Assembly: GCA_964187785.1 (NCBI GenBank)
Contig: OZ076409.1
Span: 30,196,001 to 30,260,000 of the forward strand
Direction: 5' to 3'
Source: Amphiscolops sp. MND2022
Lineage: Eukaryota
DNA length: 64,000 nt
Every line of letters begins with the position of its first letter. The stretch's first letter is position 1. Position numbers and translations under genes: made by a program. Of the stretch, positions 1 to 10,246 are shown in pieces. The notes beneath the pieces were generated by a model, which made no database searches, had not been told where the DNA came from, and saw only the letters and a list, made by a program, of their open reading frames with translations.

Positions 1-3000
1 TGTCAATTCCTCACCCGCAGTTTCTGTTTCGCTGGGGCCAATTATGGTTGTTACAATTTCGGTTTTCATATCAGATAGCCCACGAATTCCAGGTGCTGAC
101 ATTACAGATTCTTTCCCTTTCAATTTCAAAAGGTCAACAAATGTTTGTCCACAAACGATACAGTGGAACCGGTATCACAGACACCTATCGTCTCAACGCT
201 TCTTATTTCCGATTGAAATTGGTATCAACTGTAAGAAACCATCACCTCCCGCTGTGAGCAGTGAAAAACTCCCGGCCCTGTTTTGAGACAGGGATTCTTG
301 GGATTTCTTGTTCTTTTCTGTTTTGGTGAGAGTCCAAATGCAAATGCTTGTTATGTTTCTTAGTGCGTCCACTTACTCCACAAACTCTTTCCGATTTACA
401 GTCTTTCATCCAATGCGAGTTCGAGCAAAAAAGGCAAAATTTCAATTTCCTCAAGGATCATTAACTGAGGAAACAAAAGGTAACACTACACGCTGAGTGA
501 TATTTTGCGGACTTTTTTCGCTAAGTGCTCCAGATACTTGCAGACAATCTTTATCGAATATCCACTCCAGACATAGAAAAGGATATGATTCTGCGGTAAG
601 CCTGAGTTCGTTCGCTTCTAATCGATTTCTACCGGGATAATTTGTAAAACTTCCGGACAATTGCTAGCCCATTTCTTCAATGTGAACCACTACGTTTTAG
701 CGTTTTCACCAACTCTTGTAACACGAGATAGCAGCCTGAGGGCTAGCAACTCTTCTAACAAGCTTGTCCATTTAGAAGTGTCTGTCAAAGGTTAACAGTG
801 TTGAAGGAAAATCAACTTTATTCTCTTCCTCCTTGTTCGAACCCGTACTTTGCACAGGTTGGAGAATTTTTTGCCCGAACACGTGCCTGTTATACTCAAA
901 AACTCCAATATTGTCGTCATGATCATCTCCAATGAAGACGAAGTTCTTTCCTATGTTCTTTGGAAACCGCTACGCGCAAAAACATGGACTCACTATCAGC
1001 AGTTATCGCTATTTCATTTTCTCTAAACCTGAAAACAATTCCCACTAAGTTGTGCAACAAATGAGATCCGCTGAGAAGTTTGTCATTCAGCCAAACGCCT
1101 CTAAACTTTGAAGCTGCATTACAAACTCTTCTGATCTTGCCTGGCTTGTGTGGATGCTCGACAGGATTATGACGTGAATACCATTGCATATCACTCTCTG
1201 TACTTACCACTTTTTTCAGTTTTCGTACAAAATGACTTTCGAAGTCCTGAATGATGGCTTTGTAAGCGTCTTTCAAATCTGGATCCTTGCCTAATCTTTT
1301 ATCCATTGACAGAAACTGTTGGTACGCAGAATAATAGTTATTCGGAAAATTGGGATTGTCGTCGGCCCGGAGACGTCCCACTTCATAAGGTTCGCCGTTA
1401 TGTCGTGTTGTGTTTTCCAAGATCCCTTGAGCTTTTTTCTTCCTTAGATCGTCCTGAGACATCACATACAGACGCGTAAGTCTGCATGTCCCACCATTTT
1501 TAATCTGATATGCTAAAGGATCAGATGGCACCGAAAGATTACAAGAAACTGCCATACAGTTTTGGGTGATTGTCTAATGAATATCTTTCATTAACACTTA
1601 GTCGTTTCAACATAGTACACATTAAAGTTTTTTGACAGCCATCCTTCAATGGACTTTGATTAGTGGGCGCTGAAGTTGTTTTTACTTTCATCATTCGATA
1701 TGAATGTTGAAGTCTTCACCTTTTCTGAAGAACTCTTGTTGTCTGAGGGTGATCGGAATAGTACCGTCATCTCATCGTGAACATAAGCAACTTCGTTGAG
1801 CCATTCGGTGAACTTACAATGATTACAACGGATTCTGAATACAAGTCTCCTGTGAAACCAAAATGTTTGAAAACATTGACCTAAGTAGTGGTTACCTGAG
1901 CGTACTTGATAATAGGCGCCGAGTCAGGCGACTTGATGAACGGGCTCAATTTAATTTGCTTAATCTGAGCACTGACAATTGTTTGTAAACGTCCGAAATT
2001 AGTAACCAAAGCATTCCACGCTGCACTGTAGATTACGCCTGATTCTCCGAGACCCGCAATTACCGCCTTGGCTTAGCCTTTAACGAATGTTTTTAAATGA
2101 CTCATTCTAACCTTGTCGTCTATTGGTGCATTATGGATCGTCGCTGTAAATAAGCTAGACCACTCTGGCAACTCTAACCGATCTCCATAGAATTCAGATA
2201 GTTTGTTGTGGTAATTTTTTCTGCACAAAGTGTACAGGTCGTTGTATGGACAATTCAAGCCTAAAAGAGGGAAATCGATTTTCAACTTCGAATGACAGTT
2301 TCTTGAATTCATGTTCAGGCTTTGGCTCGTCATTGCCTTGGAGGTAAATTTTTGGTTTCGGAAAGTGATACCAGGTTATTTGCGCGTGCCTCTGCTTCGA
2401 GGTTGCGATGATGACAGCGGTAGATTTTTCTGATGAGAGTTTGGAACCTCTGAGGCGGTCTACTCGCACCACCTTTGTTTATTTCTCTACTAGACTCTTT
2501 CGGTTGCGAGAAGCCCTTTTCGAATTTCCCATCACTTTGATCTAACCAACTTTTGTCCCTTTTGTGTCATCATCAAGTGCTAGAGACATCAAGCTGTGAC
2601 AAATTGGCGAAGCACGAAGTGACCACTCAGCCTCTTCTATTTGTAAGCGCCATTGCTGCTTCTTATTGCTCTTTTGCTTTGCAATTCTGCGATTTCAGCT
2701 TGTAGTTTTTTGACTCTCATCTCCATTTCCATACGTGTTTTCTCCAGCTCCAACTCACGTTCTTTTCTTTTGGTTTCCATTGGTGATTTTTGATCTATCA
2801 GTTCCGCCTGGAACTCCAAGCGTCTTCGCTCGCTTAGACTTGAAACATTGGATCCTTTTTTAACCATCTCTTATCTGGTTGACTCAGAGCAAATGTTCTC
2901 AATGGAGCGTTTTCAGCTATTGAAAACCACTCACGCGAATCTGAAATTGCAGATGGAGGTTGACGAACTGGTCCATCCAACCGGTCGTCAATATTACGAA

Positions 3001-3700
3001 GTAGTTCTGATTGGTTTGTTTCTTTAAGCAATTTCAATACTATAAGCAACGTCTGATTTGCCTTTTTCGCTGAAGCGACGTTGCCTTACACCTGTGAACT
3101 TACATTACCCGACTCATTATGTACTTCAGGCTTAATCGTAACCCTATTTTCTGTTTGATCAAGTCTTTCCTCGGGATTTGGAAAGATTGTTTTATGATAT
3201 AAGTCTTGGAACGTGACTTCAAGTCCTGCGCTCATTTCTTCTACATAAGGATTCAAAGGCTCCACATATGACAAACAATCATGTGTTACTTCGTATAATA
3301 GCAGCATAGCATTTTCAAGCTCCTCATCCTTTGGCTTCAAGAAAATTTGATGACCTGGTTGTAAAACACTTTGTTGGCTTAAGATTTCTTCCAGCTTTTG
3401 CTTCACGTTTGGAATTTCAGGTCTAGCTGATTCAATTTTAGTGGCTCTCGCAACTTTAACCATCAATTGTTGGAGTTTTTTTGCTTTCGCTTGGAAACCG
3501 TCCATTATTCAATGCCTCTTGTCAGCTGCTCGACAATATTTCAAGAAATCCTCTTTACTGTTTGCAAACTTCGCAAGTAATTTTTTACCGTCAAATTGTG
3601 GGAACACTTCTGTCCAATTTGAAAGACATTGATCGACTTTTTTAAAAGATCTGCTTTACCTCTCGGCGGCCACTGTGGTACCTGGCTTTGCGCATAGGCT
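1..3700 (-). mobile_element. Degenerate, internally rearranged Bel/Pao LTR retrotransposon (continues beyond window start)
   Basis: Gag DUF1759-like (FYGDRLELPEWSSLFTATIHN), Zn-knuckle (CSNSHWMKDC..VCGVSG..KKHNKHLH), protease-like DTGST, Pao RT (KPGKIRRVCNAASKF..LNDKLLSG..LL.NLVGIVFRFRE..IAITAD.E.MF); many stops and frameshifts. Confidence 0.92.
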
Positions 3701-4263
3701 GGTCAAACTCTAATTCTTTTTCCAAGTTGTCTCTCACTTCCATGAATTCAAGATACAAGTTTCCCGGGACATATCTCAAAGTTGAAGAACCTTTTCAACA
3801 GTTCCAAGGCAGGACCGACGTTGTCTTTTATCGCATCTATTTCCAACTGTAATAATAGCTACCAGTGACTTTAAACAAGTTTGCGAGGTCCAGCGAAGCA
3901 ATTACTGCATCTGAAACCACTTGTGGACTTGTTTAGAAAACCTAAAAATTACTGACTTTAAGATCTTTCTCATAAAACTCACTAAACAGTTGAATCGTCG
4001 ATGAAGTTGGGGTGTAACAGATCGAAGCTGAATAGTTTTACCTGAAGATCGCCAGCCTTCTGTATCAAAACCTCTTCAAGCGAAAAATTGCCAAAAACGC
4101 AATAATAATGTATTATTGTCGGAATTCCGAATCCAATTTTAAAACGAATAACTTGGAAACCTTAACTTGAATACTTAACTATAAAGTTCCAAGCAATTAC
4201 TTTCTTGGTTGCTTGAAAAAGGTTTATCAACCGCTTTCTATCTCACTTTTTGGGGTCTCTCTT

Positions 4264-4726
4264 AACAAGAAGTTAACTTGGGTTGTTTAACGTTTTTGCG
4301 CGCTAAATGGGGGACACTTCCGAAATCGTCAACATTTTTGTCGCAGTTGATGGGGGCACCCTTTGGAGAAAAATTTTCGAAAAAAAGTCTCTCAATGCCG
4401 AAAAAGTGAAAGGGGCCCTTTGGGATTTTCCAACATCCTTTCTGTCGAAAAACAGCAAAAAATTGAAGGGGGGACCCTTTGGGGAATTTTTTTTCCGAAA
4501 AGTCTCGCATTGCCGAAAAAAATTGAAAGGGGGACCCGCCCGGTATGGTATGTTACGCGGGAAAACAGGAAAAACCTTTTTGGTTCAGTTCGCTAGACCA
4601 AATAGTGCAATTTGGTGCATTAATATTTTGTAGAAACTTTTTAAGAACTATTTTGTCGTGTGGATTGAAAAAAAGAAAAGCCACTATAAAAGTCGCGTTT
4701 CACTTCATGAACCGCCGACTAAAAAA
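4264..4726 (-). mobile_element. HINE/DINE-like non-autonomous element, family A
   Basis: Ends in ccgccgactaaaaa (reverse of the TTTTTAGTCGGCG 5' terminus) and begins aacaag (reverse of the CTTGTT 3' terminus); internal gggggacccttt/tgccgaaaaa sub-repeats shared with other copies. Confidence 0.75.
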
Positions 4727-5062
4727 TGGATCAGAAGGGAAAAAGTTTCTAATTCAATGCAATCAATCAAAAGATAAATGTCTATTTGTCAAAGAAACGT
4801 TCTTTGAGATTTTTTTTGTTGTAAGATGCAGAATACAAATAAGACAAATATAGTAATATCATATTTTCCTCTTTTTTTTTACCGAATTATTCGAAGATAA
4901 TTAAAACCTTTTCTCGAAGTGATTCAAAAACCCTGACTACGTTTTTTGTAAGAAACATATTTGAGTAATGTGCAGATTAGAACAGTAACCCCTTTGAGTT
5001 GTTTTTTGTAGCATCGATACTCCTGTATTTCACTGGCCTCTTTTCAGAATAAATTTTTTCAG

Positions 5063-5135
5063 TTACAACAAACGTCAGCTGTCCAGAATATACCCAAAAG
5101 GAGGCAGAGTTGAATCCAGTAATTATCAGCCGCAG
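5063..5135 (+). CDS. PLCB4: Phospholipase C-beta (PLCB4/norpA-like) exon, catalytic Y domain; first exon in window, gene starts upstream
   Basis: ttttttcag acceptor and CAG/gtcagt donor; translates [24 protein letters not shown], the conserved PLC Y-box (SRIYPKG.R..SSNY.P). Confidence 0.95.
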
Positions 5136-5238
5136 GTCAGTGAGTTAACGTTATATAGTTAGTTGCTGCCATTATACTAGCAATGCCGAAAGAAGCCGAG
5201 CACTTCCTTATCCTGGGTATTACTTTTGCTTTTTTCAG

Positions 5239-5445
5239 CTGTTTTGGAATGTAGGTTGCCAGCTGGTGTCTTTGAATTTCCAAACCAATGATCTAGCCAT
5301 GCAGCTGAATCTGGGCAAGTTTGAGTACAACGGCAACACTGGCTACTTGCTCAAACCAGATTTCCTTAGACGCTCCGATCGCAGATTCGACCCCTTTGCC
5401 GAAGCTCCAGTGGACGGAGTCATTGCTGCCACTTGTTCAGTTACA
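5239..5445 (+). CDS. PLCB4: PLC-beta exon, end of Y domain and linker to C2
   Basis: tttttcag acceptor, gttagt donor, 207 nt, phase 0; [40 protein letters not shown]...[20 protein letters not shown]. Confidence 0.96.
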
Positions 5446-5756
5446 GTTAGTATCTTAATGGCTATCCTCTGATCGAAATATTTAAAGTTCAGATTACGTC
5501 ATTTTAACGTCTTTGGGGGTTTTACCGTTATTGCCAGGCTAAACAGTCAAGTGTTGGATGTTCCTTCTAGAAGTCCGTTGCATAAAAAATGATCTGCCAT
5601 GTTTTTCTTTTGGTGCTTTTCCACATCAGTATTAAATGAAAAGTTTTTGATTAGTATACTTAGCATCAAGTTGGAAAATGAATGGTCAGGAAAACATGAT
5701 ATGCTGCTCAAACAATTCTGACAGAGTCATGTAAAGGTGATTTTGCATATTTCCAG

Positions 5757-5933
5757 GTGATATCTGGGCAGTTTTTGTCTGAGAAAAAAATTGGGACGTA
5801 TGTGGAAGTGGACATGTTCGGATTGCCAGCTGACACAATTAGAAAGGAGTTCAAAACAAAAACTGTTCTCGTCAATGGCCTCAACCCCATCTATTCGCAG
5901 ATTGGATCTGCTGAGCCTTTTGTTTTCCGCAAG
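5757..5933 (+). CDS. PLCB4: PLC-beta exon, C2 domain N-terminal half
   Basis: ttccag acceptor, AAG/gttggt donor; [35 protein letters not shown]...NGLNPIY...FVFRK resembles the PLCB4/NorpA C2 domain. Confidence 0.96.
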
Positions 5934-6258
5934 GTTGGTGATATACGTTCCAGAGCTGTCGTGTTAAAAGCCATGTGTTAATACAGCGTCGTTGTTTCTA
6001 GATTTTTAACGTTTTCAAGATCTCATTTTATCCTGCTACATACATTTTAACATACAACCTGCAAACGTGCAAATGCAAGAGACGTGACTTGAAATGGTGG
6101 ATAACAACACGAATGGGGAAGCATGTCACAAAAAATGATTGCTGTGTGGATTACACCGGTGATGACTGCTGAGTCCAAAGGCGTTCATATAGCGAATTTA
6201 TATTCGTTTCATTCGACTACAAGACCACATACCCACCCATTGTGCAACTCGGTGGAAT

Positions 6259-6405
6259 GATTACCAGAAATGCAACACACGAAAACTCAACACAAGAAAA
6301 TTCAACACACGAAAACTCAAAACAAAAAAAAACGGAAACGTTTTCCGTTTTTTTTGTTTTGAGTTTTCTTGTGTTGAGTTTTCTTGTGTTGAGTTTTCCG
6401 TACCC
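6259..6405. mobile_element. Foldback/Mutator-like MITE with 9-bp TSD
   Basis: Near-complete palindrome built from 15-bp GAAAACTCAACACAA units; flanked by identical CGGTGGAAT (6250-6258 and 6406-6414). Confidence 0.8.
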
Positions 6406-6479
6406 CGGTGGAATACTTATCAGGAAAAACTGTGTTAGGAAAAACTGGGCAAAAATGGCCGATAGTTAAATCATGTAAA

Positions 6480-7070
6480 ACATTCCACCCTTGTGTTTAA
6501 TCGAACAATGGAAGAAATGAGTCTTAAGCGGGCAGTTGATGATGTAATCGAGTTTGTTGAAGTTCTCGGAAGTTATTTGTATTCTTTGAAGAGAGATACC
6601 TGTTCGTTGTCGAACAGTTTTGAGCTTTAGAAAGCGGACGTTGATAAAGCGCCCGATAACCTTGTTGAGATGGTGACGACGCGGGCATCCATGGCACTGA
6701 CACCGTTTGGAAACGCCGCATTGTTCCCAAGTAAAATAAGCGTTGCAGTTTCACGTTAAAAAGAATCATACGAATCAGATGTAGTCCCAGCTTTATTAAA
6801 AACATTGCTGAAATAGTTCCGTACGAAGCCCAGTTGTTGAAGTGATTTTAAAGGCCTATCGGCATACTCGTATAGAAGAGTGGACTTCGCATGGGATATG
6901 ATCCAACGTTGGTGGATCTTGTCTGTTCCTTGTACACGCTGTTTCCTCACCTACGGACAAGCTGTGTTTTCCTACAGTGAGTCTCCCAGTACTGGAAATC
7001 GAGGAGCTCTATTGGAGTGGAAGAAAGCTGGGTAGCTATCCTTTTTCCTAGCGAGTTGAACCGTTGAAAT
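6480..7070 (-). pseudogene. Degenerate ORF with weak SGNH/GDSL-like motifs; probably the distal part of the unit at 12890-13560, split by the LINE
   Basis: Minus-strand PVLGDSL near 7000 and PSQQGYRALYQ near 6650-6675 resemble SGNH blocks I and V; frameshifted. Confidence 0.35.
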
Positions 7071-7377
7071 TAGATCGATATATATAAAAATTCTAATAAG
7101 CCCCGGTTTACGGGCTGGCTTTTATCAATAAACATATAGCATTTAATTATTGTACAGTTTAGTAAAACTTGGATTTTATGTCCATACAGTTTCAGTCCGT
7201 CCAGGCTGTTGTGTTATAAATGAATGACTTCAGGTCTTCAACATCGTCCTCATTGTAGACGTCCTTCATTTCAACACAGTCTGGTATTTTATGCAGGATA
7301 CACTCGAAGAAGAAGTGATACGGAGTTTCTTCTGATCTTTTACATTTGCAGAGGGGAGACTCACTTCTGCTGAGTTT

Positions 7378-9071
7378 TCATTTGTAATCTGCAAGTTTCA
7401 TGGTGTTTCCGATGAAGAATTCACATAGCTTGTTTGCAACATAACTGTCACCGTATACCAAGGGTGATAATTTTCTGTTTGATGGTTGGCTCGATTGGAA
7501 ATTTTTTAGGAAGCAGTTGTTGCAGGAGCTGTTCCATCTATTTCGCCAGTGACTTGTTATAAATGAATTGATTTCTGGAGGCGAATATTTCAGTCTTGTG
7601 TTACTTGGGTAAAGTTGGAAAAATCTTTTCAGGCTAGCTTCTAGGAAATTTGCTTTGCTCGAGGGTCTACAGAGAACGGATTGATGACGGTTGAGAACCA
7701 GATCGTTATTTTTCTTTAGCTTAATTGCAAATTTGATGGCAATACTTTCGCAAAGTATGTCTACAGGAGGCTGTCCAATCAGCGCTTGGCTTGCTTGAAT
7801 GGATGGAGATGGGCCGTGTTTGAAAACAGATCTAATGACGGAATTTTGAAAAGTCTGTAGTTTCTCCACATTTTTGTGATACCAAATGGGCGCTCCGTAG
7901 AGTAGTTGTGGTAAAATGATGGTTTTGTATAGAAATACTTGAGTAGTAATTGACAGTGAGTACTTCCTGGTGCATTTACAGGCGATAAGATTCCAATTTC
8001 TCTTGGCTTTGGCAATGCTCTGCTCTGTTTGTTCACGGAATTTTAATTTGTCGTCGATTTGGATGCCTAGGGATCTAGTAGATGATTTTATTTTACAGAG
8101 ATGCCCGTTCATTACAATAGCTGGTTTTGAAAAATTTCCTGCATTAAAAACTATTATCTCTGTTTTGGAACCATTGACCACCATCCGCCATTTCCGGCAC
8201 AAATTTCGAACTGCATCTGCAACTTCTTGTAATGTTGATTCGAGCGTACTGGGGATGGATACTTTGACGAGTACGGCTGTGTCGTCTGCGAATTTGAAGC
8301 GGGGAGAAAGCGTGCCGATGAAGTCATTTATGAACAATATAAATAAGGTTGGTGAGAGAACGCTACCCTGCGGGAGACCACTTTCAATCTTAAAAGGCGG
8401 TGAGTTGAACTTTCCTACTTTGATGAAGGATTCGCGAAAGAGCAAAATTGATTTAATAATGTAAAACATCCGACCCGTGATTCCCACTTGGTTGAGTTTC
8501 AAGAGGAGGCCATCGACCCATACGCTGTCGAAGGCTTTCTCTAGGTCTATATTAAGTAACGCACCACAGGTTTTTGTTCTCAGGACTTCTTCAATTGGAA
8601 GTTGCATTCGATAGAGAGATCGTACTGAGCTACGTTTCTCCCTAAACCCTTCTTGTTCCTCCTCTATGAGTAGGTTATTCTCGAGAAATATTTTCAGTCG
8701 TTTATTCAGAATTCTTTTGAGCAACTTACCGACATGGCTGGATATCGTAAGTGGTCTGTAGCTCGAGCTCGATGTATAGTTTGCCGTGCCAGCTTTTTTA
8801 ATGAAGATTACCTTCGATGTTTTCCAGGGCCAGTTTGCACTCCGGTAGCAATCATTGAAAAAATTTAGCGGACTTTGCTTAATTTTGGGTCCATAATGTT
8901 TCAACATAGACACATGAATGTTATCTGTGTCAAAGGCGGTCGACCGTGGGAGATTCTTGATTTCTTTTTCTGATTCAGGCATCGTAATTTTATCGTCGAG
9001 ATGATGAACATTTTCTACATCAGTGCCGAGCTTTTTGCCTGTAACGCTGACCGTTGCAAAGTGTTCCTGGT
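7378..9071 (-). pseudogene. LINE ORF2 reverse transcriptase (3' part)
   Basis: 566-aa ORF with all non-LTR RT motifs; joins the 10247-10706 segment in frame (QVF-D-QEHF) once 9072-10246 is removed. Confidence 0.93.
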
Positions 9072-10246
9072 TACACATGCGATAAGCAAGTGTTATGGGA
9101 AAGTGCGGGTGCTTTTTTTTCCGCGCGACAACTCTCTCATTTCACGCGGCAACTCGCACGTTTCACGCGTTCGTGGTCTAGTGGTAAGATGCCTGCTTTT
9201 CAACCCAGCGGTTTCGTGTTCGAACCCGTGGGTATGCGCTAATTTTTTTACAAGTCTTCCGAAGCAGAAAGTTCTCACATTTTTTGGCACTATGAGACTT
9301 TTCGGCTTTGTGAGACTTTTTTTCGAAATTGTTTTAATGTCCCCAAAGAGTCCTTTCAATTTTTTTGATATTTTGCAACAGATCGAATGGTAGAAAATTC
9401 CAGAAGGGCCCCTTTTTTCAGAATTTTCGGTACTATGAGACTGTTCAAAATTCTCATTTTTTTTGCAAATTTTTTAAAGACTCCCTTCTTATTTTTTTCC
9501 AAAAATTTTTAATGACAAAGGGTCCACCCTTCTCTTTGTTTGATATTTTGCAACAGAACGAATGTTAAAAAATCCCAAAGGGTCCCTTTCTCCAGATTTT
9601 TCGGCACTATGAGACTGCCATTAAAATTTCTATTTTGTTTTTTTTTTCGAAATTTTTTTAAGACTCCAAAAAGTCCCCTTCAATTTTTCGAAATTTTGCA
9701 ACAGAATGGGTATTAAAAAATCTCAAAGGGTCCCCTCTTTCACAGTTTACGGCATTGTGAGATTTTACAAAAGGAATAATTTTCGTGTTAAAATTTCGAG
9801 GTTTTCTCAGGCCCAGCACGCTATATCCGATTTTTTTTTTAAATAAAAAAACACCAGTTTTCTATGCGACTTTTTTAAAAAAATTTTTAAAACGAAGCCC
9901 CTCCTCAAGTTTTGCCGGAAACGAAAAGTTTTGCGAGAGTTAAGGACTCCTCAAGGTTTTCGCCACTATGCGACTTACCGGAGACCATCAAAAATATTTT
10001 TGGAAAATATTTCCCTCATTTTTTTGTTTTTTTAAAAGGTTTTTCGTTGAGAAAGATGGTTTTTTGCTGTTTTCAGTTGGGGAAGAATGGTTCTCGAGAC
10101 TTATGCGTATCCCTTCGGGTATTTTTGGCGCTGTAAAATTGATGAAATTTTAATGTCCTTTTACCCTTGGTTCTTCGTATGATATTGCTTATTTGGTTTC
10201 TTCATAAGTTCGCAAGTGTTTGCGAAGCACGGCTTCGCCTCTGTGT
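9072..10246 (+). mobile_element. HINE/DINE-like element family B with tRNA-like head
   Basis: 5' hairpin ACAC(A/T)TGC-GATAA-GCAAGTGT, 3' sub-TIR TCGCAAGTGT plus hairpin GCACGGCTTCGCCTCTGTGT; no TSD; near-identical copy at 62295-63469. Confidence 0.85.
9165..9241 (+). other. tRNA-derived (Glu-like) Pol III promoter segment inside the HINE
   Basis: A-box TGGTCTAGTGG and B-box GTTCGAACCC at tRNA spacing; stems imperfect, so probably not a functional tRNA. Confidence 0.6.

Noticed and set aside
7970..8464. Antisense 164-aa ORF over the RT
   Set aside because: Shadow frame of the LINE RT with no independent evidence.
9165..9241. Functional tRNA-Glu gene (also the candidates at 23965, 30538, 48136 and ~62385)
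   Set aside because: Acceptor and anticodon stems are imperfect, paralogous copies differ in the anticodon region, and all sit inside repeats; treated as tRNA-derived.
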